A stretch of 64,000 nt of DNA, taken from positions 32,001-96,000 of IMG/VR virus record IMGVR_UViG_3300036859_000864; one strand, given 5' to 3'. The position numbers were made by a program, and so were the translations under genes. The DNA is from a virus. Each line of letters starts with the position of its first letter. Position 1 is the stretch's first letter. This document shows positions 51,027 through 61,076 of this stretch, piece after piece. The notes under the pieces are model-generated. The model saw only the letters and a program-made list of their open reading frames with translations. It did not search any database and had not been told where the DNA came from.

Positions 51027-51334
51027 AAGTCCACTTGCTTCACTACAAGTACGACCCGGCGCATCTCGCCGACGTGACAGACGAGATGCGACGCCGCGGT
51101 GCGCCGCGAATTCGAGCGACTTTGCACGACGGGCAATGGTTCGCCCACGAAGGCTGCCATCGGCTACGGGCCGCCCTCGCCCTCGGCGTGGCACCAGTCA
51201 TGATCCCGACCCCGTGGAAGAAATCACGCGCTGCTCTCGTCAGAGCAACGTTGCGCCGCGGGGCGCTTCTATTTCGGACAGTGGAGATGTCACGCGACTC
51301 CGGCGTCGACATCACCGAGGAGTTCCTACCGTGA
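51023..51334 (+). CDS. ParB N-terminal-like protein
   Basis: MRRRGAPRI...AHEGCHRLRAALALG. Confidence 0.65.
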   Translation: MKVHLLHYKYDPAHLADVTDEMRRRGAPRIRATLHDGQWFAHEGCHRLRAALALGVAPVMIPTPWKKSRAALVRATLRRGALLFRTVEMSRDSGVDITEEFLP

Positions 51335-51527
51335 CGCGAAAAGTAGTTCAAATAGCTGTAGCGCAATCGGCAACCACAGAGAGCTACAGCGAGGCTCTCT
51401 ACGCACTGGATTCTGACGGAACGATATGGGAATGGCGCCCGGCCCAATCGGACATGACTTCGGGGTGGTGCGCTCTAGATAACCCGTGGGACGATCCACC
51501 GACGAAGACGAAAAAGAAGAGGGCGGT

Positions 51528-52349
51528 ATGATCGCCCATCCGTTCATCAAATTCGTCGGTGGGAAGACCGCACTCTTGCCGGAGATCCTTGCCAGGCTCC
51601 CGAAGAAGATCAACACCTACTACGAGCCGTTCGTCGGCGGAGGTGCTGTTTTCTTCGCGCTCGCGGCGGAGGGGCGTTTCAAGCGGGCCGTCATCGGGGA
51701 CGCGAACGAGGAGCTCATCCGTACGTACCGGGCACTCGCACGCAACGTCGACGTCGTCGTGCAGCACCTCAAGAAGCACGTCTACGAAGAGGAGCACTAC
51801 TACTTCGTGCGCGCGAAGAACCCGCGGATACTCAGCGATGCCGTCGCAGCGGCGCGGTTCATCTACCTGAACCGCACGTGCTTCAACGGGCTCTACCGCG
51901 TGAACAAGAAGGGGCTGTTCAACGTACCCTTCGGCAGCTACACGAACCCGACGATCTGCGACGAGGAGAACTTGCGGGCGGTGTCGAAGGTGTTGCGGGA
52001 GACGGAGATCGTCTCGGCGGGTTTCCAAGCGACGACCGAGCTCGCGAAGCGCGGCGACGTGGTGTACTGCGACCCCCCGTACATTCCTGTCTCTGTTACC
52101 GCCAACTTCACGACCTACACCAAAGGGGGCTTCGATCTAGTCGATCAAGCACGTCTTCGAGATTTCGCAGCGGATCTCGACAAGCGCGGTGTTCGTGTCT
52201 TGCTCTCGAATGCCGATACGCCTGTCGTGCGCAAACTCTACCGAGGTTTCAAGATCGAGGAGGTTCAAGCTCCTCGTCGAGTGAACTCGAAAGCCAGCAA
52301 GCGCGGGAATGTCGGGGAGCTTCTCATTTCCGGAAAGCATTCAAAGTGA
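51528..52349 (+). CDS. dam: DNA adenine methyltransferase (Dam/D12 class)
   Basis: FIKFVGGK, YEPFVGGGAVFF, YLNRTCFNGLYRVNKKG.FNVPFG, YCDPPY, LLSN. Confidence 0.93.
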   Translation: MIAHPFIKFVGGKTALLPEILARLPKKINTYYEPFVGGGAVFFALAAEGRFKRAVIGDANEELIRTYRALARNVDVVVQHLKKHVYEEEHYYFVRAKNPRILSDAVAAARFIYLNRTCFNGLYRVNKKGLFNVPFGSYTNPTICDEENLRAVSKVLRETEIVSAGFQATTELAKRGDVVYCDPPYIPVSVTANFTTYTKGGFDLVDQARLRDFAADLDKRGVRVLLSNADTPVVRKLYRGFKIEEVQAPRRVNSKASKRGNVGELLISGKHSK

Positions 52350-53010
52350 TCCAAGCCGTCGTGATTGTCGGCGGCTTCTTGCTCGCAGGATGGCTCGAAC
52401 GTTGGTTCGAGCGTCGTGCGCGCGTACGCGCAAGAACGAAAGCACGTCTACCTAGGAGAGTCGGATGAGCATTCCGTTTTCAGATCGTAGCGACAATCAT
52501 TTCACACGCACGTCTCAAGAGCGTGATCGGGCACTTCTCCCCGAGCCTGTACAAGAGCTCCTTCGGGGGCTCTTTGAGAAGCGCGACCAACTCGCGAAAG
52601 ATGAAGTCGAGATCGAAGCGGCCATCGAGCGGGAACTCACGAAGCGAGACGCGGAGCTAAAAGCCCCTACACCTCATAGGTGGTCGACCGGCAGCCGCAC
52701 GTGCGACAACTGTGGAAGAGACTACGATTGGAGCCACGAGGCTTGCAGCACGCCGCTTCCGCTCAACGATGCGCGTCGTCAGAGGGTTGTGTCGCAGCCG
52801 TGAAGCAACGACCTCCATGCCCAAACTGCAAAGGCGAAAAAGTCATCCGATGCGGTCTGCTGCACCCGGATGGTACGTTCGAGGACAGCATGCCTCCGAT
52901 CGAGTGCCCCGACTGTCTCGGCACCGGCAAGGACTATCGATCTCGTACCGATGAGCAACCGCTCAACGGTTCTTGCAAACCGACTGAAGTGAAAAGGATC
53001 GAGGAATCTC

Positions 53011-53598
53011 ATGGAAACAAATAGGCGCAGCGTTCTACTCAAAGTCGCTCTGTTGATGCTCGTGTTCGTGGTTGCGTTCGTGGCTCACACGGTGAAGGCG
53101 AACGGCAATTCGTTGACCGTAAACGGTCGGTGGGCGGGAACCGGATTTGCCAACGCGGCGTTCGATTTCAACAACGACGGCATCTTCGCGCGATCATTTG
53201 ATGTGAAAACGTACGACCAGCTCCCGTTCGCTGGGATGGAAGGAGTCGCCGACACCGGATTGATCAGCGTGGGATCTTGCGGCACCGCAAACTCCTTCGA
53301 GCTCCAACCCTTCGGTAAGATCACGTTTCGTGGTCGCTTCGGTGAAGCTCTCTACGCCGAGGTGGACCCTGCGGCACCGAATCTTTGCTTCGAACCAGCC
53401 AACCCGAGCGAGATTCTGACAATTCGTTTCGTCGGTGGAACCGGCATCTATCTCCACGCAACCGGAACGGGGACGATGACGTTCCACGACTTCGCTCGAA
53501 TAGAGAAGCCGGTCACGCTCCCCGGTTTCCCGTTCCTCATTCCGGCCCCACTCATGATCGACTCCCATGGGGAGTTCGTGCTGCACATCAACCTGTAG
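53011..53598 (+). CDS. secreted beta-barrel protein (dirigent/allene-oxide-cyclase-like)
   Basis: Signal peptide; FVGGTGIYLHATGTG motif. Confidence 0.5.
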   Translation: METNRRSVLLKVALLMLVFVVAFVAHTVKANGNSLTVNGRWAGTGFANAAFDFNNDGIFARSFDVKTYDQLPFAGMEGVADTGLISVGSCGTANSFELQPFGKITFRGRFGEALYAEVDPAAPNLCFEPANPSEILTIRFVGGTGIYLHATGTGTMTFHDFARIEKPVTLPGFPFLIPAPLMIDSHGEFVLHINL

Positions 53599-54123
53599 CG
53601 GGAATCCAAATGAAGCACCCGGCGACCGTCGCGTTATTTCTCTTCGGATGCGTGCCTCAAGCACATTCCGGGGAAGATTCTAGACGTCTCTTCGTAAGAG
53701 ACGTCAGCGCGGCGGTCGCCGACTGCGCGCGCCGAGGAGCTCCTCGGGTGTGCCCCGAGGCCGATCGGTTGTCGCGTGAGTATTTCGAGCACAGGTAGTT
53801 GAAATGAAGCATCGCAAACCTCGACAAGAAGAACGCCACGGAGGACATGGGACTATGACAACAAGCGCAAAAACCAGCGACGGAGCGAAGTACCGAGCAA
53901 TCATCGACGCAGCGGAGAAACGTCTCTCCAAACAGGTCAAAGCGAGCGAGGCCCAGGACGGGGACGACGCCGCCCAGGATGAGTTCAGCGATCCCCTTAT
54001 GGCAACGAACGCGATCGCGCGTCACCGGTCCTTCTTGCCGTTCGTCGAGGCCGGGCTTCTTCCTGCGAGCATCGCGATTCGCATGGCCGTGGAGGGGAAC
54101 TCCGCGCTGGCTCAGGTCGACGA

Positions 54124-54771
54124 ATGAGCCTCTTGCAGAGAGAGAGCCCGCTGATTTGGAAGCGCGCCCTGGCGCTCGCCACTGGCACGACTGGGATGGT
54201 GTATCTACCGAAGCTCCCAGCTCCAGACGGCACCGTCTGGGCCTGTGGTGGCGGCGGCACCGGTTCCCCAAAGCCGGAACCGAGACGCAAACGGAGAGAC
54301 GTCGCGTTCCCGATCTTCCCTGAAGAGGGAGATCCGGAACTCGACGAGCCGAACGAGCACGAGCCCAAGCCGAATGCGCGGGCAGCTGTTTTCGTTCCCG
54401 ACGGCGCCGTCGAGTGGCTCTTGCACGAGGTTGGCCACTGGCTTGCTGCGACTCCGGCCGAACGCGCGCAGCGGAATTACGGGCTAACTGCGGCTCAGCA
54501 CGGACACGACGGCGATCGCGAATGGCAAGCGTGGTCGTTCGAGGAGATCGTGCTCGCGCCGTTCGGGCCGAGTCGGCTCTTTGCGCCACCGTCGCAGCGT
54601 GACGGAGCGGCGTTTGCCAAATCGGGCCCGATGCCGACTCGGCATCTTCGACACATCGACGCGCGGCTCCGCGAAGAGGACGTCGACATCGCTGCATGGC
54701 GCGCGGTTTACGGCGAGTGGGTTCGGTGGGGCCTCGGGAAGACGGTTCGGCCCTGGGACCGCGTGAACTAG
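54124..54771 (+). CDS. HExxH protein resembling EF-P hydroxylase (EpmC/YfcM-like)
   Basis: LLHEVGHWLAATPAERAQRNYGL...REWQAWSFE. Confidence 0.45.
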   Translation: MSLLQRESPLIWKRALALATGTTGMVYLPKLPAPDGTVWACGGGGTGSPKPEPRRKRRDVAFPIFPEEGDPELDEPNEHEPKPNARAAVFVPDGAVEWLLHEVGHWLAATPAERAQRNYGLTAAQHGHDGDREWQAWSFEEIVLAPFGPSRLFAPPSQRDGAAFAKSGPMPTRHLRHIDARLREEDVDIAAWRAVYGEWVRWGLGKTVRPWDRVN

Positions 54772-54853
54772 GTGGCACTCGTGAAGCAACGTGTGCCGGC
54801 GTCTCCGGCGGACTGAGTTACGCAACGTCTGAATATTGGAAGGACCGAACACC

Positions 54854-55216
54854 ATGAACAACACCGACAAGATCGAAGCCTGCGCCCGAGCTGCCCACGA
54901 GGCGAACCGCGCCTACTGCATCGCCATCGGCGACACGTCACAACCGTCGTGGGACGACGCGCCTCAGTGGCAGAAAGATAGCGCCATCAACGGGGTGGAC
55001 GGCGTGCTCAAGGGCAACACGCCGCACGAATCGCACGTCTCGTGGCTCGCGGAGAAGGAGCGCACGGGTTGGAAGTACGGCCCGGTGAAGGACCCCGAGA
55101 AGAAGGAGCATCCGTGCTTCGTCGCTTACGACCAGCTCCCGCCGGAGCAGCGCCAGAAGGATGCCGTGTTCGTCGGGACCGTGCGGACGATGGCGACCGC
55201 GCTCGGGCTCGTCTAG
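54854..55216 (+). CDS. RyR domain protein
   Basis: HESHVSWLAEKERTGWKYGPVKDPEKKEHPCFVAYDQLPPEQRQKD. Confidence 0.88.
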   Translation: MNNTDKIEACARAAHEANRAYCIAIGDTSQPSWDDAPQWQKDSAINGVDGVLKGNTPHESHVSWLAEKERTGWKYGPVKDPEKKEHPCFVAYDQLPPEQRQKDAVFVGTVRTMATALGLV

Positions 55217-55375
55217 GTCGACGATTCACATGGCATCCCTGAAGCAGTGGGTAACAGCTATCCGTGAGGAGCTGAGAAAATCTGAAATGAAATTCATCGA
55301 TTATCTCCTCTCGTTCATTCTTCTCATTTTCTGCTTTGCTCTCGCGTGGATGTGCGTCACCGGAGTGATTCAACT

Positions 55376-56536
55376 GTGAACGAGATCATCGAGATGTTTT
55401 GGGAGTGCCTCTCCTGTCATCAGGCTCCTCGCAACCGTGGGCGTTTCAAGGAGTGCGAGAAGTGCGGAGCGCCGCGGACTACGGACAGCCCCGAGTACAT
55501 GCCGGACGACATCCAAGCGGCGCCATCCGTTGAAGATCCCGAGCTCCTACGAAAGTTCAAAGCGGGCGCCGACTGGAAGTGTCGGTACTGCGGATCGAGC
55601 GCGTTCCGCGCCGACGGATGCTGCGCGCAGTGCGGATCCCCGCAAGGCGAGTCGACGGCTCTAGAAACCGCTTCGACGGAACCGTCTTCCGTTTCGGTGG
55701 AGGAGCCCCCTGCGCTACGGCGCAGAATCCCGGATTGGGCCGTTCGAGTCATCGCTGCGGGTCTTTTGCTCTCGCTTGCAGGCTGGTTGGTTTTTCGAGA
55801 ACGAACGTACGACGTGACGGTGCAGAGCGTTTCTTGGACGTCTACGGTGCACCTCGAGCGGTACTCTGTCCACAGTCACGAGAGCTTCATGGAAGGCGTC
55901 TCCGTCGGATCTTTTGATCGGACGCCGCTCGGTATACGACATCATCACGACGAGAAACTTCTCGATCACTACGACACGGTTCCGTATTCGGTATCGGAGC
56001 TGGCGGGCTACCGAAGCGAAAGCTACAGCGCGAGCGAAGCTTGCGGGCAATCGTGCTACACGACGCCGCGTAGCTGCACCTCTAACCGCAACGGTTCGGC
56101 GACCTGTACTGGCGGTGGAGAGCGCTGCTCGACGAAGTATTGCTCGGTCTCTCGTACGCGACAGGTTCCCTACTACCACGACGTCACGCACTATCGGCAG
56201 GAACCTCGATACCGATACGAGCCTCGTTTTGCCGTGTGGTATAGCTGGCGCGCTTGGGAGTGGGCGCCTGACCACGACGTGCGCAGGTCAGGTGCCGACA
56301 CGAAGATCACTTGGCCGCCCTCGAAAGAACTGCTTCTCACGCTCGGCCCCGGAGAGCAGCAACGTGAAGGTCGAGACACCAGCATGCGGGTCATTTTCAC
56401 CGGAGACGACAAGACGTTCGACTACGTTCCGAAATCGCAAAGAGAGCTCGGTCTGTTGAAACCGAGATCGCGTCACCGCATCAAAACGAACGCGCTCGGT
56501 AGCGTCACTCTCTTGGATTTGCCGAAAGGGATTTGA
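55376..56536 (+). CDS. membrane protein with N-terminal zinc ribbons and Cys-rich external domain
   Basis: WECLSC, CEKCG, WKCRYCG, CAQCG; TM helix; Cys-rich NGSATC region. Confidence 0.75.
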   Translation: MNEIIEMFWECLSCHQAPRNRGRFKECEKCGAPRTTDSPEYMPDDIQAAPSVEDPELLRKFKAGADWKCRYCGSSAFRADGCCAQCGSPQGESTALETASTEPSSVSVEEPPALRRRIPDWAVRVIAAGLLLSLAGWLVFRERTYDVTVQSVSWTSTVHLERYSVHSHESFMEGVSVGSFDRTPLGIRHHHDEKLLDHYDTVPYSVSELAGYRSESYSASEACGQSCYTTPRSCTSNRNGSATCTGGGERCSTKYCSVSRTRQVPYYHDVTHYRQEPRYRYEPRFAVWYSWRAWEWAPDHDVRRSGADTKITWPPSKELLLTLGPGEQQREGRDTSMRVIFTGDDKTFDYVPKSQRELGLLKPRSRHRIKTNALGSVTLLDLPKGI

Positions 56537-56779
56537 CGTTGAGGATCCGACGCGACACCAGCACCGCCGCCATCCACATCGAGCTCTCCCCGCCGGAGGC
56601 TCGCGCGTTCTTCGAGGAGCTCTTGGATGTCCCCGGAGGGGCCCGTTTGCCGAAACTCAAGCAGGTGTGCCAAGGGCTCGGGGCTCTCTTCGCACCCGTC
56701 GAGCCCCAACGGAAACTGTCGGTGCTAGGGAAGAAGCGCTAGCCGTTCGACGTACCAAAGAGACAGGAGACACTTTCCA

Positions 56780-57388
56780 ATGAAGACGTTCATCGCAGCC
56801 CTCGTTTCCCTTGTACTGTTCGGTTGCAGCGGTGAGGCATTCACTGGGTTCACCCCCGGAGATCCATCGTCAGCGGACGCCGATTCGACGATTCCGGCTG
56901 ACGGCGGACCCGATGCGGTCCCGGCGAGCGCCACGGGTGGCAGCAGGGGGCTACTAGAGGAGGACGGGGGACCGAGCGGATCGGGTGGCGCAGGTACCGG
57001 CGGCACGGGTGGCACGGTCTCGACGGGAGGCTCGACCTCAAGCACCGGTGGGGCGCTTGGCACTGGTGGCGCCGTCGGGTGTGCGCTCGTGACCCACGAC
57101 AACGGTCTTGGGCAAATCTGGCAGGACTGTGTGCCGCTCGGCACCTACAATTTGAGCCAGGCGATGAAAGCCTGTGCGGCCTCCGGCGCCGTACAGTGTT
57201 TCGCCCGAGCCGCGTGCGGGCTGCAACTCGATACGGTGCGCGGGTACGACGGCGGTCAAGGATGGCCCACCGGAGAATGGGGATATGGCTACAACGCTGC
57301 CGGCTACGTCGCGCCGGGCAACGGCGACGGGAATCTTCGCGGGAGCACCTGCGGGGGCTCCGTCCCTGGAACCAAAACCTGGAATTGA
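56780..57388 (+). CDS. Gly/Thr-rich lipoprotein (myxobacterial style)
   Basis: Lipobox LFGC, TGG repeat linker, Cys-rich C-terminal domain. Confidence 0.75.
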   Translation: MKTFIAALVSLVLFGCSGEAFTGFTPGDPSSADADSTIPADGGPDAVPASATGGSRGLLEEDGGPSGSGGAGTGGTGGTVSTGGSTSSTGGALGTGGAVGCALVTHDNGLGQIWQDCVPLGTYNLSQAMKACAASGAVQCFARAACGLQLDTVRGYDGGQGWPTGEWGYGYNAAGYVAPGNGDGNLRGSTCGGSVPGTKTWN

Positions 57389-57467
57389 GCCGCGAAAAGA
57401 CGGCTGAAAACGACCCGGGCGAAGACGATGTTGCCGATCACGCCGCGCGCGTGGCAACATGTAGTCC

Positions 57468-57866
57468 ATGCTCAAAACAGGCTTGGAGTTCGCGCCTGGA
57501 ACGACCGACGAGTGCAAAAAGCTGATCGCTAGGTTGGTGCAACCCGAGCAGATCGTCAGCGCGTACCGTCAAGCCCGCGGGCAGTTCTCGACGAGCGACA
57601 TCGTATTGACGGTCTCGGAGCAAGATCCGTCAGGGTTCGAAGCCGAGCCTCGACTCTCGTACGTCAAGCGTATTCGAGACGCGAACAAGAAGGTTCCGCT
57701 TCTCATGACCGGACTCGCAGAGAAGTCAGCGCACGCGGTAGCGAAGATGCCGTTCGACTCGGAAGCGCTGTGGCTCATCATCGTGCGCGGCCCAAAGACG
57801 GTGCCGGCCATGTGCGTGCTTTTCGCGGTGCCTTACGAGACCACCGCTGTCGCTGCGCCGAACTGA
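57468..57866 (+). CDS. hypothetical protein
   Basis: 132-aa ORF with coding-like bias. Confidence 0.6.
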   Translation: MLKTGLEFAPGTTDECKKLIARLVQPEQIVSAYRQARGQFSTSDIVLTVSEQDPSGFEAEPRLSYVKRIRDANKKVPLLMTGLAEKSAHAVAKMPFDSEALWLIIVRGPKTVPAMCVLFAVPYETTAVAAPN

Positions 57867-57888
57867 ACCTGGAAAAGGACGGGAGACG

Positions 57889-58143
57889 ATGAGCAACGCG
57901 AAAACAGGAATCTGGAGCGCCATCGGCGCGGTACTTGGCGGCGCTGCGGGCGCGGCTGCGGGCAACTACGTTGCGCAGATGCGTCCTCGAGTTCGGTACG
58001 CGAACGCGAGCCGAAAGCGCAGTCGAGGTCAGCACATCGAAGATGCGATGGTGATGGGTGGCGCCGCGGGCGCTACGGTCGGCGCGTTCCTCGGCGGGAC
58101 GATCGCCGGCGAGGAGACGCCTCCTCTACAGCTTCGAAAGTGA
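57889..58143 (+). CDS. glycine-zipper membrane protein
   Basis: Two GAxxGGAAGA segments. Confidence 0.65.
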   Translation: MSNAKTGIWSAIGAVLGGAAGAAAGNYVAQMRPRVRYANASRKRSRGQHIEDAMVMGGAAGATVGAFLGGTIAGEETPPLQLRK

Positions 58144-58311
58144 ATCTTCTTCGTCTGATTTGCGGTACGTTCAGACCGCGCCGGCGCTGCTTTATCCTCT
58201 CTGGGCATGGTGAGGATCTTCGGCGACCGGCGTCTCTCGGTGCTCTCTCGGGAATCTCGATCGCCGGCTTTCGATCGAACTCGAGTTGGACAGCGCTCGC
58301 TTGGTCGACGC

Positions 58312-58803
58312 TCAACGGGGCAAACGCGGTGGGCGCTTCGCGGGAGGCGGCAGGCTCGGGTCGCGCCTGGAGTCGGTAGAGTTCAAGCCGGGAACGACCA
58401 GCTCCAACAGCTCGCGCACGCCCGTCGGCGCCTCATCCCACTCTGAGGGGCGATCTGAGCGACCGCCTCGATTGACGTGCCCGCGCAGTAGCAGGCTCGC
58501 AGTTCGGCGCGCATCTTCGATTCGAGCCAGGCGCTCGTCGTTGAGATCTTGCTCGAACTTCTCTCGTTGGTCGTCGAGCTTCTTGCCGAGACTCGCGGTC
58601 ACCGCCTCCTTAGAAGCTTGCAGCACTTCGTACTGCTTTCGTTGCTCTTCGATGCGCGCCTCGAGCGCACCGACCAGTTTCGCATCTTTCCCACGCATCA
58701 TACCCCACACCGCTCCGACGCCGGCGACCGCCATCGTGAGCAGGTAGGGGCCTACTCCGTGGGTGAGGTCTTGCGTAACGTTCGGTGGCGGGGTGTCGAT
58801 CAC
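58312..58803 (-). CDS. membrane-anchored coiled-coil protein
   Basis: N-terminal TM helix followed by coiled coil. Confidence 0.6.
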   Translation of the reverse strand: MIDTPPPNVTQDLTHGVGPYLLTMAVAGVGAVWGMMRGKDAKLVGALEARIEEQRKQYEVLQASKEAVTASLGKKLDDQREKFEQDLNDERLARIEDARRTASLLLRGHVNRGGRSDRPSEWDEAPTGVRELLELVVPGLNSTDSRRDPSLPPPAKRPPRLPR

Positions 58804-59225
58804 GCCGGTTCAGGCTCCGACGGTGTTGCTGCGGGGGTGATCGCGGGCGGCGCGATCCCGAGCTTCTGCTCGATCTCGGCGAGTCTCAAATTGATCGTTT
58901 GCTGTTCGGTCGAGAGCTTGTGCGTTCGGTTTCGGAGCTGCTTGATCCACTTTGCGTGCTCATCGCCGCGCTGTGTCTCTCGCTGGTAATGCTCCACGAT
59001 CATGGTGCGGATGTCGTGCACCACTAGCAGGATGCGCTCGTCGCGCTTGTCGATTTGACCGAGCAGGTCTTGCTTGAAGTGCCCGAAAATCTCGATCACG
59101 TCTTCTGCCGTCGGGGGTTTGATCGGCTGGGTCTTGCCGAAGCTGCCCGATTGGGGCCGCTCGCCGTTGTCTTCAAGAGACTCGCCGGGAACTGGTGTGA
59201 GACGGTCGTCGTCGTGGTCGCTCAT
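58800..59225 (-). CDS. coiled-coil hypothetical protein
   Basis: 141-aa ORF, coupled. Confidence 0.6.
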   Translation of the reverse strand: MSDHDDDRLTPVPGESLEDNGERPQSGSFGKTQPIKPPTAEDVIEIFGHFKQDLLGQIDKRDERILLVVHDIRTMIVEHYQRETQRGDEHAKWIKQLRNRTHKLSTEQQTINLRLAEIEQKLGIAPPAITPAATPSEPEPA

Positions 59226-60040
59226 GTGCGGCTCGGCTCGATCTGTTTCTTCGGTATGTAGTAGACGATGAGAGCTCCGCCGACCAGCACGGCGGCGCCC
59301 ACGAGCACGATCGTTGCCCAGTGTATCGTTTTAGGTATCCCCTTGGCGGTTTCAGTGAGCCCTTGGGTAGTCGCTTGTACCAGATCGTGTACTTCCCCGA
59401 GCAGTTCGCCCGCGGAGTAGCCGATTAGCTGGATGACGCCCTTCGTGGAGATGTAGGCCCCCTCGATGCGGGCGCGGATCTCTTGTTGCAGGTCGAAGGA
59501 CGGGACGTCGGGGAGTTGTAGAGGGACGTTCCAGAGTTTCGAGAGCGCGATCAGCTCTTGCGCGTAGTCGCCGCCGACACGCATGACGACGTCCTGGTGC
59601 CACTTGAGCATCGACGATGCGCCGGCGAGGATGTCAGCGCTGGACTTGTCCTTCCAGGCGTTCCATTGCGTCAAGATGTCGCCGCCCGGGTCTTTACCCC
59701 AGGTGCGCTTGCGTGTGAGAGCGAGCGAAGAGCAGAACTCGTGGTTCGCGTTCGGTGCGATCTGCGCTTCGGTGAAGATGCCCGCCGGGCATTGCTTCGC
59801 GTCGGGTAGCCCTTCGAGGAGGTCGTTCAAATTACGCCAGAGCGCGATGTGCGCTGCGATGAATGGGTCCCACTCTTGTCGGTAGGCGAGCAGATCGCCG
59901 ACATCGCCGAGTCCGATGCCGTTCAACCCGGAACTGAGCGATGGGTCGAGCGAGATGACTCGCCGTCCGCCGTAGTAAATCCCCTCTGGTCGTATGATGG
60001 GGCACTCTCCGAGGAACGCCGTTTCGTTGATCATCGTCAT
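59222..60040 (-). CDS. putative virion membrane protein with C-terminal TM anchor
   Basis: YYGG...GLNGIGLGD near the N-terminus; C-terminal TM helix followed by KK. Confidence 0.55.
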   Translation of the reverse strand: MTMINETAFLGECPIIRPEGIYYGGRRVISLDPSLSSGLNGIGLGDVGDLLAYRQEWDPFIAAHIALWRNLNDLLEGLPDAKQCPAGIFTEAQIAPNANHEFCSSLALTRKRTWGKDPGGDILTQWNAWKDKSSADILAGASSMLKWHQDVVMRVGGDYAQELIALSKLWNVPLQLPDVPSFDLQQEIRARIEGAYISTKGVIQLIGYSAGELLGEVHDLVQATTQGLTETAKGIPKTIHWATIVLVGAAVLVGGALIVYYIPKKQIEPSRT

Positions 60041-60216
60041 CGTCGTTTCTTCTTTCGAAAAGTGCTCGCGACTTCTTCGATGACCCATCCTGCTGCGGCG
60101 CTTACAACGCTCGTTGCGAGCACCGCAGGCCACGGCGATGCGGCGGCGGCGGCCGGAGGCACCGGCACGCTCGAACCGAAACCGACGACGGGATGGCCTC
60201 CGTAACGGACGGTCAT
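60037..60216 (-). CDS. 59-aa membrane protein
   Basis: MTVRYGGHPVVGFGSS...TM...RKKKRR; coupled on both sides. Confidence 0.65.
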   Translation of the reverse strand: MTVRYGGHPVVGFGSSVPVPPAAAAASPWPAVLATSVVSAAAGWVIEEVASTFRKKKRR

Positions 60217-61076
60217 GACTTGTCTCGGACCCACGCCCTGAACGTCATCATTACGCCCATCTCCGGAACACCTGGCGTTGGTAGCTCGGCGGAGGAAGTC
60301 AACGGCGCTGTGATCGGCGCGTCGACCATGTAGCGGAACGCTCCCGGACCTAAATCGTCGTCCGAAGGCCAGTCCAGCGGGAGCAGTGACCCAGGAGGGT
60401 ATGCGATAGCGTGCAACCCCGGTTGCCCCGCAGCGGCCTCCTCGAACATTCGAGTGCCTTGCGCGACGAATTCCGGAGGCAGCGGCACGCCGTCGATCCC
60501 GGCGACCGCGACGGCGATTCGCTGTCCCGCGTTCACGACGCTGTTCGCTTGAACGGGATGCCACCCCGACGTCGTCGCCGGCGTCGGTGTTACAGGCGCC
60601 GGCGTCGCGGGAGGAAGCGCCTTCGGTGTCGATGAGGGCGTCGGTGCGGGAGGCGTTACAGTGCACCCCGCCACTCTGGAAACTTCGGCCATGAACGCGC
60701 CGAACTTGTTCGGATCGGACATCCACGAGGCGTCGAACGGAGTGCCCGCCGCTTCGAGATTCGCTTTTGCCTTGTTGAAGGCGGCCGTGCGCTCGTCGGC
60801 GGACAGGCTCTCGCAATCTCTTTGCGGAGGTTTACGTAGCGCGTACGAAGCGAGAAGGTTGCCCCCCAGCAAGCCGCCGACTCCGCCGACTATAGTACCG
60901 ACGGTGGCACCAACAGCGCCTTTATGGACGACGTTGCCGAGAACCGCTCCTCCAATTGCACCTACGAAAAATCCAGCGATCGTCGCCGGTGCTGTAGCCC
61001 GCTCGTGCGCTAATTCACTCTCCGCGTCACCGAACCCGACAACCGGCGCGCCGTTCAAAAATACTTGCTCGTTCAT
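60213..61076 (-). CDS. glycine-zipper membrane protein, putative virion component
   Basis: MNEQVFLNGAPVVGFGDA; glycine zipper; Pro/Thr linker. Confidence 0.6.
   Translation of the reverse strand: MNEQVFLNGAPVVGFGDAESELAHERATAPATIAGFFVGAIGGAVLGNVVHKGAVGATVGTIVGGVGGLLGGNLLASYALRKPPQRDCESLSADERTAAFNKAKANLEAAGTPFDASWMSDPNKFGAFMAEVSRVAGCTVTPPAPTPSSTPKALPPATPAPVTPTPATTSGWHPVQANSVVNAGQRIAVAVAGIDGVPLPPEFVAQGTRMFEEAAAGQPGLHAIAYPPGSLLPLDWPSDDDLGPGAFRYMVDAPITAPLTSSAELPTPGVPEMGVMMTFRAWVRDKS

Noticed and set aside
51528-52349. Restriction-modification system
   Set aside because: No adjacent endonuclease is recognisable; an orphan Dam is common in phages.
58312-59225. Holin/spanin lysis cassette
   Set aside because: Only a TM helix plus coiled coil is seen, with no adjacent endolysin or lipoprotein partner.
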